A stretch of DNA of 63,451 nt, counting the filler, from Octopus bimaculoides (taxonomy: Eukaryota), in NCBI RefSeq assembly GCF_001194135.2. It is 4 parts of 3 records of this genome, joined end to end, with 100 filler letters (N's around TTAATTAATTAA, not from the genome) between each part and the next. Parts side by side here need not be neighbours in the genome. Positions count along the whole stretch, not along the records: positions 1 to 31,914 come from NC_068983.1; 3 more parts are not named here. One strand, 5' to 3'. This document shows, in pieces, positions 13,960 through 25,237 of this stretch. The translations under genes were made by a program, and so were the position numbers. The notes beneath the pieces were generated by a model, which saw only the letters and a program-made list of their open reading frames with translations, did not search any database and was not told the origin of the DNA. Within the stretch, counting starts at the first letter, position 1, and the number at the start of each line of letters is the position of its first letter.

Positions 13960-14540
13960 TAATTGATTAACTCTTTTGATACCAACTCACCTGAGATTGC
14001 TCCTGGTTCTACAATACAAGCTTCCTGTTTTAAGGTGATCTGAATTAAAACTATATCAAAATCTTATGTTATATTCCAAATACAGCATAATAATGACAAA
14101 GTTATTTTTCCTAATCCTTCACTATTTTTGAAAGTAATTCAAATATAGTGTATTTCAACTGAAACATGGTACCATTAAGTTTACAAGTACCACCACCATC
14201 ACAGTTGTACTTTCCAAATACTCCTTTTCTAGAACACTTGCTGTGCAGATTTTCTTTCCACCACCAGCACCACAACACCTACCATCAATACTTCAACCTA
14301 AACATCTGCACTCGAACTTCTCAGTAATAGAGCTACCACCTTTTCAACAGGTATGCATGGAGAGAAATTTGATGAGGTGGGTTGAGGGGAACAGCCCTAC
14401 ATACACAACTCATTGACTTGAAGTAATGGACATATAGTGTTGGATTGCACAACTAAAGACACAGCAATAGGCTGAAAATTCATGCTTTATGTTATCTCAA
14501 CCATTTTAGGTCGCACATAAAAAGCACACAGCACATACTA

Positions 14541-14700
14541 GTAAGTGGTTGGCATGAGGAAGGGTATCCAGCCATAGAAACCATGCCACAACAGACAGTT
14601 GGAGTCTGGACAGCTTCTTGCTAGCCAGCTCCATGTCAAACCATCCAACCCATGCCAGCATGGAAAGCAGACATTAAACGACGATGCTGATGTTGATGAT
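14541..14700 (+). mobile_element. Family D (RTE-tail) fragment
   Basis: ggaagggtatccagccatagaaac...ccaacccatgccagcatggaaagcagacattaaacgacgatg. Confidence 0.75.
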
Positions 14701-15484
14701 TCTAGGAATAAAACTAATGTGGTCCAGAACTTCCCCAGTCTGGTAACTTTGCTGCAATACCTGGTGTCTGTTTATTCCCTAGAATTAGGTCAACTATTCA
14801 GAATAGCAACAGAATACTTGTGTCAGTGATAAATTGCTGCTATATCCAAAAAGGAAAACAATCAACTGATTAGCAAAGATTTTTTTTTCATCAACATGCT
14901 ACAACCACAGATCACACATTTTTCTCTATGCCTCTTCTACTTCTACAATGGCTTCTGCTCTATTAAACTACCCACACCCATACAACAGTTCTGTCTATTC
15001 TCTCAGCATGTTTCACCTTCCAAATTCACTCAGCATAACTCTCTGAAATTCCCACTCCACTCATACTTTTCCTACAGATGTTCAAACCGTACATCAGTTG
15101 CATGAATCTCACCAGTTTGAGGTACTCAACTCTCTGTTGATTTACTTTCAGTGGTTTCATCCATTCGACTCTAATCATATATAAATATGTGTCTCCTGAA
15201 TCTCTGGAGAGAGGCTTTTAAAAATAATGTTCTGCTGTATCTCAAACAGCATGGTTATAGTAACCCTGATGTCCTACAATATTATGCTTTTAAAAATGAA
15301 TGGTCATATGGTTAAGTTTACTTCACAATAACAAGGTGCTTGGGCAAGTGTCATTTACCATCATCTCAAGTCAACTCAAGTCAGATAAGTGAAATTGTGT
15401 AGACAGAAACAATACAGGAGCTCATTGGACAGATTGTTTCTGTAATTCAATTGTCACACTAATTCTGCCTGAAAATTATATTAA

Positions 15485-15708
15485 CCCTTTAACATCTAAA
15501 CTGGCCATATCCAGCCAGAATATTCTACCTATTCTATGTTCAGACCAGACAGATCTGGTCTCTCACATCTATCCTAAAATATCATTCTAAAAATAAACAA
15601 TCACATCATTGAAACTTCAAAGCTATGAGATAATGTATGATTAACTCAAAACAATGTGAATAGATAGATAAGCATTACATTTGACAAAGTAATTTGAATG
15701 CTTAAGAG
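15485..15708. mobile_element. piggyBac-type MITE
   Basis: TTAA on both sides (15481-15484, 15709-15712); ccctttaaca / tgcttaagag degenerate TIRs; opposite-orientation relative of 37442-37666. Confidence 0.75.
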
Positions 15709-16740
15709 TTAAGGGTTCAACGTGTGTGGAATACTCAGCCACTTACATTCAATGAACAACTGATTCAGTTGATTGGATAACTGAATCTACATCTTTGAAA
15801 CTGATGAAGATCCATTTTCTTAGCTCTAGTTTTATAACCATGAGTACAAAAAGCATAAAATTCTCTGAATATGATGCCAGGCAGTTTAACATTGCTATTT
15901 TTATTAGGTGCCTTGAACAGAGTTCATTTTGTAGTGAGTATTTGGGCCAGGTCTCCAGTTTAAGGATAACATCCTCCCATCTTTCTATCTGTTTCAGAGG
16001 TCTTGAAAAACACAAAGAGCCATGAGTATTGCCCTGTTCACTAAAAACAAAGCAGTCTCAAGTAACTACTGCTACCAACAGATAGGTAAAGTGAATAGGA
16101 TACAGAATAATATTCCTGCCCAGCTGGTTATCTTATGCTATGTCCATCCAATTAGACTGCTGCCTGACTATGTAAGTCAGCTGGAAGGATTCTTCTGCCA
16201 CTGGCTAAAGTAGGTGACATAAGAAGCTTTATAGCAGATGTACAAGTTGAAAGGGACAGCAGCTGTCATTGTGGTGGTGGTAATAATGGTTCAGGTTGTA
16301 TTTTGGCATGGCCAGATGATGTTGAGGGGATTAGGTAAAGGGATATGATTTTGGCAGGAAGAAGTGGCTACAACTACTACTACTACTACTGCTGCTGCTG
16401 CTAGTAGTAGTAGTAGTAGTTGTTGTTGTTGTGGGGTAGTGGTGACTGGTGGCAGTAATAGTGACTTGTTTAACAGTAGAGGTTTATGAGGTAGAGGTGG
16501 TTTTGTGGTAGCAATGTGATATTTGAGGCGAGTGTGGCACTGGTAAATGTTAGTGATAAGAGTAGTTAATGTAGTAATAATAGAAATAGCGGTTGTAGTA
16601 GTAGTAGTAATGATGGTGGTGAAGCGCGTGGGGTCGTAGGAGAACTATATCTGTGATGGTAGCAGTATTAGAAGGAGTGAAACAAGTTATGTACTAGGGT
16701 TGTTGGGGTGGGGTTAGTGATAGCGATGTTGTTATGTAGT

Positions 16741-16920
16741 CCCAGGTCAACCATGACAGAGCAGATCGATGAACTAAGTCGTTCAAACCGTGACCATATC
16801 TCCGTATATCTGGAATATACAGGCGAATTTATTCTGATTTATGATTAAAGGGTACGCTTTGAGAGAGACTTTTACTACTATAACTAGCAGGTCGATCGAC
16901 CAAACAGGGGCTCCTTCGTT
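16741..16920 (-). mobile_element. Family F interspersed repeat ((CAA)n-tailed SINE-like), degenerate
   Basis: cccaggtcaacc...gagagagacttttactactataactagcaggtcga; related blocks at ~12225-12400, 19490-19660, 37700-38050, 40380-40570, 41290-41510, 57880-58050. Confidence 0.55.
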
Positions 16921-17652
16921 TGTGTTTTTGCTGTTGTTGCCCAGATAAGATCATTTTCATCTTTATAGGGAGTTGTATGAAGGCCCTCATTGTCAAATGT
17001 GTCCTTTCATTTAAGACAGAGTCATCTGAGGGAAACTCAGCTTCTGTTTTTCATAGGTTTAATGACCACGCAGATGATCTTCGTTGTTTATGTTAAAGAA
17101 GTATTTGCAGTTGGAAGTGATAACCAGGAGGACCGGCATAAAAAGTTTTGGCATGAGGTAACGAGAAACTCTCTTCGTTAGTTTAGTTCGTGCAATGACA
17201 GAGTTTATCTTCTATCCCTAGAAAAAAATATAAGATTTGCTGAGTCGATCAACTGTAGTGAATCTCCACCACTGTACAAAATTTGACGCGATATTGGGTC
17301 GTGACGATAGGCAACAACAGTACAGAAAAGCGTCCAGTCAACTAACTGTTTGTCAAAATCTCAAGCCCTCGCTTAACACACATTTTATACAAACCCACCA
17401 AATGTAACACAAGTTTTCTGTATCACTTTTCAAAGCCCCTTTAGATTTCAGCTATGGACCTTTAAATTTTAATTTAGCTGTCTCCTTTTTGATATTGCAT
17501 TAAAAACACCGGACAGAGGTGTGCGTTTGTATATACATACCCGGCGTGAGAGAGGTTAGCGCGCATTTCATGGAAATGAGAAAAACGGAATTATTCGCTC
17601 ATTAATCACCAACCAACAACAACATATACATATTAAATAAGACAGAACTTAC

Positions 17653-17779
17653 CAATAGTTGTTAAAAAATCGTATTTTTCCAATTTGTTTCCGTTTTTCT
17701 CATCGTCTTTGTCAGGTAAAGGTGCATCTTTCATGGTAGATCCATGTTTTCGAAGGCGAGCCACTCTGGCAGATGCCAT
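17653..17779 (-). CDS. First coding exon of a Ser/Thr protein kinase (best guess PRKX/Pka-C3-like; NEK2-like not excluded)
   Basis: gccATGg start; 127 nt open (42 codons + 1 nt) ending LEKYDFLTTI-G at the first Gly of a kinase glycine loop; canonical donor G|GTAAGT at 17652. No downstream exon found in the window. Confidence 0.75.
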
Positions 17780-19400
17780 GGCTTTCAAGAGTTATTTCCT
17801 TAATTGTACACACTTATATTTTTTACCCCCTTCGAAAGGGAAGACACAAACAAAATGTTACAGTAATAAAATGTATGTGTGGGCGCGCGCGCGTGCGTGT
17901 ATATGAAAATTGAGTGTACCGGAAAACTTATTTATGATCGGGCAGACTATAAATTCGTTAATTTTTTTGTTTCAATTAAGCCGGTACTGTGAACATCCCG
18001 ATGTAAATGAAGTAATGGGCCACCTACTAAAAAGGAACTTCCAGCAACAGTCTCCTTTCAAAACGATATGCTTGTTCACAAACTAACACAAATAACACAC
18101 ACATTCATACACATCCATCGATAAATATACATACATATATTTGTGAATATAACCAGTCAGCAATACCTGAACTTTCTGTTGCACAAACCGCAAGGTGTAG
18201 GGGCAAGTCTAATTCTAAACATTTTGATATATCCGTTATTGATGTTGTCACCATGTATGTGTGGTAGGTGAGATGATAGTGATGTCGGTGACGTGAGTGA
18301 GGAATGAACCCCAGTCGCTGAACGGTAGGGAGGGAGAGTATGCGTGTGAAACTTTCAATAAAGAGAAAGAACCTGGGAACTTTTCCAATGTTTGATATTT
18401 TTTCTTTCCTTTATAGTTGATGTTGTTAGTAGTGACGAAAGAGTTGATTGTACTTCAGTTTTCCATTTGTGGACCAGTTTGTTCAGGGGTAAAATTCAAT
18501 GTTAGTGTGTTTACTGTTGCTTTTAAAACACGTACAGAGGAAAGGAGGTGAGACAGGCAAGACTATCCACAAAACATTGTACAGAATTCACAATCTGTAC
18601 GTCTGGTGCTGAGGTGGGTATGAACTAGGCAGAGAATATGTTAGTAAGAATGTGTCAGTGTTTAAATATATGTAAATAAATGGTAATATGCTTGTGTGTG
18701 TAGCGGGAAGCGATGTGTATGTATAAGAGTGTAAATATATATACAGCTGAAAGATGTGTGTTTTTGTTTACTGTGTAAATCTATGTATGTGTGTATAGAG
18801 AAAAGAAATGTGTGCGTCTAACAGGTCATTGCGCTTGTTGATCTAAACCCATCCAATAAACAAACTGTAAAAGGGGGAGAATAGAAATCAAGAAGGAAAG
18901 AAAAAGACAGGGGATGAGTAAGAGCAAATGAAGGAGAAGCTGCCTGGGGAGAAAAAGACTAGTGTGTGATTGAGAGAGCGACAAAAGGAGAGAGGAATAC
19001 AAATAGTGAGAAATAAAGAGATAGTGAGAGTAGTGACTATATAAAGTTGTGTAAGTAGAAAGACGAGAGTTTACTAAGCTGGCAGTTGCGTGCGAAAGGA
19101 AGGTAAGAGAAGACGTCCTGATTGCAAGAGATCAGGGCAGAGTGAGAGAGAGTGAGTGTCTGAAATAAAGGAGAGAGAAGTAGAAAAGAAAACAATTTAC
19201 AATAAGAAAGAGAGCAAATTGTTTTCTCCCGCCATCGCCACAAAAATGTTCAGAACAGAAAATAAAGAGATGCAAACAAAAAGAAAGAAGCAAAGAGGAA
19301 AGAGTATATGGTGCAAGAGAGGAGGGGAGGATAACAAAGAAGATAAAGAACGAGTGACAGTTCACTTCGAGAAATATAGTGAGCGAAAGGAAATGAAATA
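17780..19400 (-). promoter_or_regulatory. Probable 5' UTR/promoter-proximal region of the kinase gene
   Basis: Directly upstream of the ATG; CpG retained (e.g. gggcgcgcgcgcg at ~17881) in contrast to the intron; candidate acceptor at 17830. Confidence 0.35.
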
Positions 19401-20010
19401 GAGAGGAGATGGAGAGAGAGAGAGAGAGAGACCGTTCGCTGTTGACACGGCTACTATCAACGCTTTACTACGGAGGTGAGGCCAGTACGCAATGTAAGTG
19501 CTAGAAATTGCGACTTAATTTCCCTCATATCAACACCATACTGCTTTAAAAGAAGGACATATTCGATAAAGCAGTCCTAAACACGTTATGTCCGAAAAAG
19601 ATAATGTTGTCACAGCTGGCAGGCCTAAGATCCTATGTCTGTTCGATCAACAACTTCTAGTTAAAAGGGGGGGGGGAATAGAAAAATCAGAGACAGGAGA
19701 TACACGTAGTCGTTACCATTATGAAGAGACTATCGACCAGTAACAAGTGTGGACGAAGGAAGCGACAGCTATACCAACACCATGTTAGTATATCAAATAT
19801 CTATACTACAATCATGACTAATATAGAAAGAGATAAGGCTAATGTCGTCCCCATCATTGCAGTCACCATTACAATACAGTAACAACGTCTCTACCACTGG
19901 TATACCCATACAAACATTAGTAGTACTGTGCAAATAGCAGTGGAGTGGGGAATAAAGAGAAGCCTCATCATTATCTCCGCCGCCTTCATTACCAACATTA
20001 TTCTTTTCTA

Positions 20011-20214
20011 CTCTCGGCACAGGGCTCGAAATTTTTGGGGAGGGGGCCAGTCGATTAGATCGACGCCAGTACGCAACTGGTACTTAATTTGTCGACCCCA
20101 AAAGGATGAAAGACAAAGTCGACCTCGGCGGAATTTGAACTCAGAAGGTAAAGACAAACGAAATACCGCTAAGCACTTCGGCCGGCGTGTTAACGATTCT
20201 GCCAGCTCGCTGCC
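20011..20214 (-). mobile_element. SINE family C
   Basis: Same head, B box and central domain as other family C copies. Confidence 0.88.
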
Positions 20215-20271
20215 TTTCATCATCATCAACATTTATTGCAAAGGGAAAGCTCCTCCTCCGTATATTACACA

Positions 20272-20489
20272 ATGGTTTCAAATTTTAAATTTTGGCATAA
20301 GGCCAACAATTTCGGGGCCGGGTGTAAGTCGATCGCATCGACCCCAGTATTCAACTGGTACTTATTTTATCGACCCCGGATGAAAGGCAAAGTCGGACTG
20401 CTGCGGTATTTGAATTCAGAACATAGCGACAGACGAAATGCCGCTAATTATTTTGTCCGGCGTGCTAACGATTCTGCCAGCCCGCCACC
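20272..20489 (-). mobile_element. SINE family C (second, tandem copy)
   Basis: Same family, ~60 bp from the previous copy, same orientation. Confidence 0.85.
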
Positions 20490-21267
20490 TTATCGAACGT
20501 TACACAATATCACCACTAATACAATTTTTGTGTCTCTATAGACCAGAGCTTATCCTGGTTTCAAGGCTAAGCGACTTGTAGTATGGGACTCCCCACTTCC
20601 CCGAAAGGGACAATACTAGCTACTACTGGTACTCATTTTAGGCTGAGTAAACTGGAGCAACTCGAATAAAATGCTTACGGAGTTTACGACCCTAAGCCCA
20701 ACTCCCTAACCACTTGTCCACACTTCTTTTCATAACACTAATCCCACCACAAAAAAAAAAAATTATCCTCCCTTTTTAATTTTACAACAATGCCCACCAC
20801 CACCCCGATATCATTATACCGAGAATCACACGACTGTCACCATCATACACCACTACTAACGAAACATCATCATGGCAACACCACCACGGTAATTACCTAT
20901 TTGACAGTTGTAAAATCGAAACTGATTTAGTTACAATTTCATTTTAGCTCGATTAGCATATCTCGTGGACGCCCTGCTGATCCTCGTTTTATTGTGAATC
21001 CCAAAGAAATACAGATCAGCCGATAATCAATGAAAGACATATAATTACGACACTGACTCGGTCTTTGTCAGATTCAGAGACTTGTATTGCTTGGTGTGCT
21101 AGGCGTGGATTGTTGAAGAATTTTCACTTGTGCCCAGGGCAAAACTTAATTCAAAGTCTCACATTTTACCTCACTTTTTTACTCGCTGTTTGCATCGTGC
21201 ACCAGTTATAATTATGAAATGTTTTATTGAAATAAACCTTTTGGATCACTATGATTTTACGAACGTC

Positions 21268-21652
21268 GTTGTTGTTGGCACTCCGTCGCTTACGACGTCC
21301 AGGGTTCCAGTTGATCCGATCAACGGAACAGCCTGCTCGTGAAATTAACGTGCAAGTGGCTGAGTACTCCACAGACACGTGTACCCTTAACGTAGTTCTC
21401 GGGGATATTCAGTGTGACACAGTGTGACAAGGCTGACTCTTTGAATTACAGGCACAACAGAAACAGGAAGAAAGGGTGAGAGAAAGCTGTGGCGAAAGAG
21501 TACAGCAGGGCTCGTCACCATCCCCTGCCGGAGCCTCGTGGAGCTTTAGGTGTTTTCGTTCAATAAACACTCACAACGCCCGGTCTGGGAATCGAAACCA
21601 CGATCCTATGACCGCGAGTTCGCTGCCCTAACCACTGGGCCATTGCGCCTCC
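21268..21652 (-). mobile_element. SINE family A, full length
   Basis: 12-bp TSD tttacgaacgtc at 21256-21267 and 21653-21664; CpGs largely intact. Confidence 0.93.
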
Positions 21653-22600
21653 TTTACGAACGTCACATAGGAAATTACCTACCACCACTATTATTAACAT
21701 CAGAGAAAAATAGGGAATAAAAGAAATCTATATGCCATACCATCACCTACCTCAGGGTCCTACTTTTGTTTTATTATCTTTGAAAGAAGTAACAAAATAA
21801 TGTGCAGAACATCATCACGTAGAGTTTTCATGGTGATGATGGTGAAGACTGGTTGTGTTGATGTGTTAAAGGTGATAGTACCTATGTAATGTAATGTCAT
21901 GTCTTATGAAATCACTGTTCGAGGCTGTTAAATCATACACTGCTAACATTTAGGAAAGCTTGTGACCAGGGCCGATTGAAAGTAGCAGTAACTTAAGCAG
22001 TCATTCGAAGTATCATGTACTAAGAAGCACATGTTTTGCGCTTCGGATCTGCAAAATAAAAGAGAGAATTGAAAATAATACGCCAAATAAACAAATATTG
22101 TGGTACTTTTTCCAACTCAGTGCTCTACGTTTAAATCCTGTCGAAGTCAACTTTGCCTTTTACGCTTTTGGGGTTGATAAAAAATGATCCGAACCAGGGC
22201 GATGGATTGGCAGAACTGTCAGAAGCTTGGGTGAGACACCATTTGCTCATTGTGTTGATAGAAACGACCCTGACACTAAGCAGTATTGGCCCCAAGTTGA
22301 CGGCCTTTCTCTTGGTATCATGAAGGGAAAACTTGCATGCATGAGCAACAGTTAGTCTTGCTCAAAAAATCTTGCCTAGGCTTATTGCATACGATTATAG
22401 ATGCATAATCAACTTTGACTGATGGAGGTCCTACACACTCGCTGGTTGTTCCCCTTGTGAAATTTTTAAAAAAAACTTGTACAGGGACCGGAATTCAACT
22501 TGACTGTATAATGGAACTGAAGGTTTAAATACCTGTGGAGTTTCTCCTCCCATTATAATTGTTTTGTAGTTTCAAGGAGCTGGAACGGGTCGCCGATTTA

Positions 22601-23497
22601 TGACGTCCGTGCGAAGCGAGGTGATGAGAATGGCTCCGTAGTACATCACACGGTCGATACAATAAATGAAAATAGAACAATGCATATACGTACCAGAGGA
22701 AAATAAGAGAGAGAGACAACCGGGTAGAATGTTTAAGGAAAGATTTATTGATATGTTAACATGTGTGATTGTGTGTGCGTCATATATACAGAATAATAGA
22801 CAGACCGTCATAAGAATAATATGTATGCGTGTGTATGTAGGCATAGACGTATGCGCGTTGGCGATAAAGAAGAGACAGTGAAAGAGACTATAGCCATCGA
22901 AGTGAGGAGTAAGTTCATAGACACAAGAATCATAAACACCAGTTCGTAGTCAATTGTACGCGGTTGTTGAAATACTGTATCAAGAAGTTGCGGCGATGAT
23001 GCAGAGCCGGCTGCAGTACAGGTCACACGTGAGTTGTGGCTGTGATGCTGCTGCCTGGGTCACTTGGTACAGGAGTTCTCGCAGGTTGTATATTCATTGT
23101 TGATCCATGGTGAAGTAGTTCACGAACAGTGCAGTGTTGTAACCGGGGCGAGTTGCTTGTTGAGTTGTGTACGTAGAGAGATGTTGACGTTAGGACGAAT
23201 GGTGGCGGCGGAGATGGAGGTCGCTGAATGCTGTTGGACGAAGTTGATGAGTCTCCACGTGGCTGCCGTTGGAACTGGCGGTGTCTTGTGTGGTCAGTGG
23301 CCAGACTTTAAAAGGTCTGGAACCGAATGACATCGAGAAGTTAGGTTTTTTATAAGGAGTCGTAGGCTCAGCTGAGGTAGAAAACAGGCTGTCACACGTG
23401 ACCTTATTTGAGGGCTGCGATTGGTTGGTTGTATATTGGCGCGCGATAGCGAAGAGACAAATTGCGCCAATACCAACCAATCAGAGTAGTGGACACA
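22601..23497 (-). mobile_element. LTR of a probable Gypsy element (5' LTR plus PBS-like motif, or solo LTR)
   Basis: TG...CA ends; on minus: CCAAT boxes, TATAAAA (23354), TCATTC initiator (23328), AATAAA (22749-22744), then cggcgaccc PBS-like motif at 22595-22587. No TSD found, so boundaries are approximate. Confidence 0.6.
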
Positions 23498-24082
23498 GCA
23501 GGGTCCAAAATGCGGCCAAGGCTAGCTGTTATCTACTATGTTCGTATGTATGTGTATATAATAGAGAGGAATTTCACTCAAGTGTACGCTACAACTGTGA
23601 CACCAGCATCCCTAGGGCCAGACCTGAATACCCCTAATACCTCATCAATAAAATTCCACTCCTCTTTTAATGCAATAAGAAAAAAACAATAACCACTACC
23701 ATCGAGGGTCCAGATCTCAAGAAAGTTTCATCAAAATAGGAGCACAGGATATCTCATGCGTATCATTCCTCTGGATTGATTTGGCACATATAACCCAGAG
23801 GCACACGAACTAAAGGAATATAGAATAAAGTGTTCTAACTAGAAATAATGGAATACCAATAATACATTTGAAATGTTGCCCTCGGAGTTAACTCCTGCAC
23901 TATCTCTTTACTCCCACGTGTAAGAATCAGTTATTAGAGTCTGTGGGGAAAAGCAAGCTAGTTACAATAATGTACCAGGTGTCAATGCAACTGAGTATAT
24001 TTCTTTAATTTGCAAATCCGGTGCATTTGGTGCTCAAATTTAACTTCTGAGAGTATGTACTGCATATATGAACATACACACA

Positions 24083-24507
24083 TAAATAGGGGTTGGTGGT
24101 GCAAAAGCAAGTATACAGTTATGAAAAAAAAAAAAGAAAACGCGTACAATACTCCTTGGCTGTGTGGTCTTGCTTCCGGTTGAAGACTTCGGTCGTGATT
24201 TTTGCGCTCTGTGAGTTCTCATTTTTTATTGTTGAAACTGTTAATTATTGTAAACTGTTGTTGAAAATTTATTGTTGAAAATTGTTTTTGTGAACTGTTG
24301 CCTGTTTGCAGGCTGTGTTGGACAATTTTATTCCTCGGTTTTCCTGTTTGGCCACAGTCAAATGACTGAAACAAGTATAAGTATAAAAATATTATAATAG
24401 TTATGATAAATGTATTATTATGATTAATGACACTGAAAATATCAAAAATGGGACTAAACGTGCTAGTGATACAGTATACCTACTTTTGCACCACCACTCC
24501 CTGTTTA
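24083..24507. mobile_element. TIR-bounded non-autonomous DNA element
   Basis: 37-bp imperfect inverted ends (24083-24119 / 24471-24507) with core tggtggtgcaaaag; superfamily unclear. Confidence 0.55.
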
Positions 24508-24766
24508 TAGAGAGAATGATGGGAATGTGAATAGAAGAGATGATCGAGAGTGCTGCAGTGTTGGGTATGTAGACAGAGTATCTGGTAACGAAAAGGAAAC
24601 CTAGTCTTTAGGATGCATTTCTCTAGCTAACTAGCCTACACGATTTATCTCTTACTAAAAGAAAAAAAGAAACGTTGAGGCTCGCGCTGCAGGCTTCACA
24701 TTTAAAAGTATGTAGACCAAATTATTGATCCAGAGAGAAATGGCGAAGTTGATCTATAGCTTTATA

Positions 24767-24860
24767 GGCGGATGTAAAGAATGCGCACACCACTCGTTTT
24801 CGGCGTAACCGTAACCCTAAACGCCGAAAACGGGTGGTGTGCATATTCTTTACCTTCGCC
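24767..24860. repeat. Short foldback (40-bp arms) with aaccgtaaccctaa loop
   Basis: ggcggatgtaaagaatgcgcacaccactcgttttcggcgt vs reverse complement of acgccgaaaacgggtggtgtgcatattctttaccttcgcc. Confidence 0.8.
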
Positions 24861-25237
24861 GCTTCGTGAAGGACTCACTGCTCTTTATTCACTCAAAATC
24901 TATGCAGTGCTGATTGTTCACTAGACACTGAGGGACATGAGGTCATGTAACGTATATCAATCTCCACAGATACATTCTCATCATCGTTGTTTGGAAGAAG
25001 ATACTCGGAGTGGCTGACACACTAACATCCTTGAGAGTAGCCTGAACACACGAGCAACAAAATGGACTTCATAGTGTATTCAACTTGTATGTTCACTTCT
25101 AAACAAAATTTAAATGGGCGGCCTAATTAACGCCACTCAAGACTACTTCAACTGACAATGCGAACAACGTACAGTGTAATGTGTTGAATCATATATTCAC
25201 CGACACCACAGATCTGGTACACACCATCGAAATAAGT

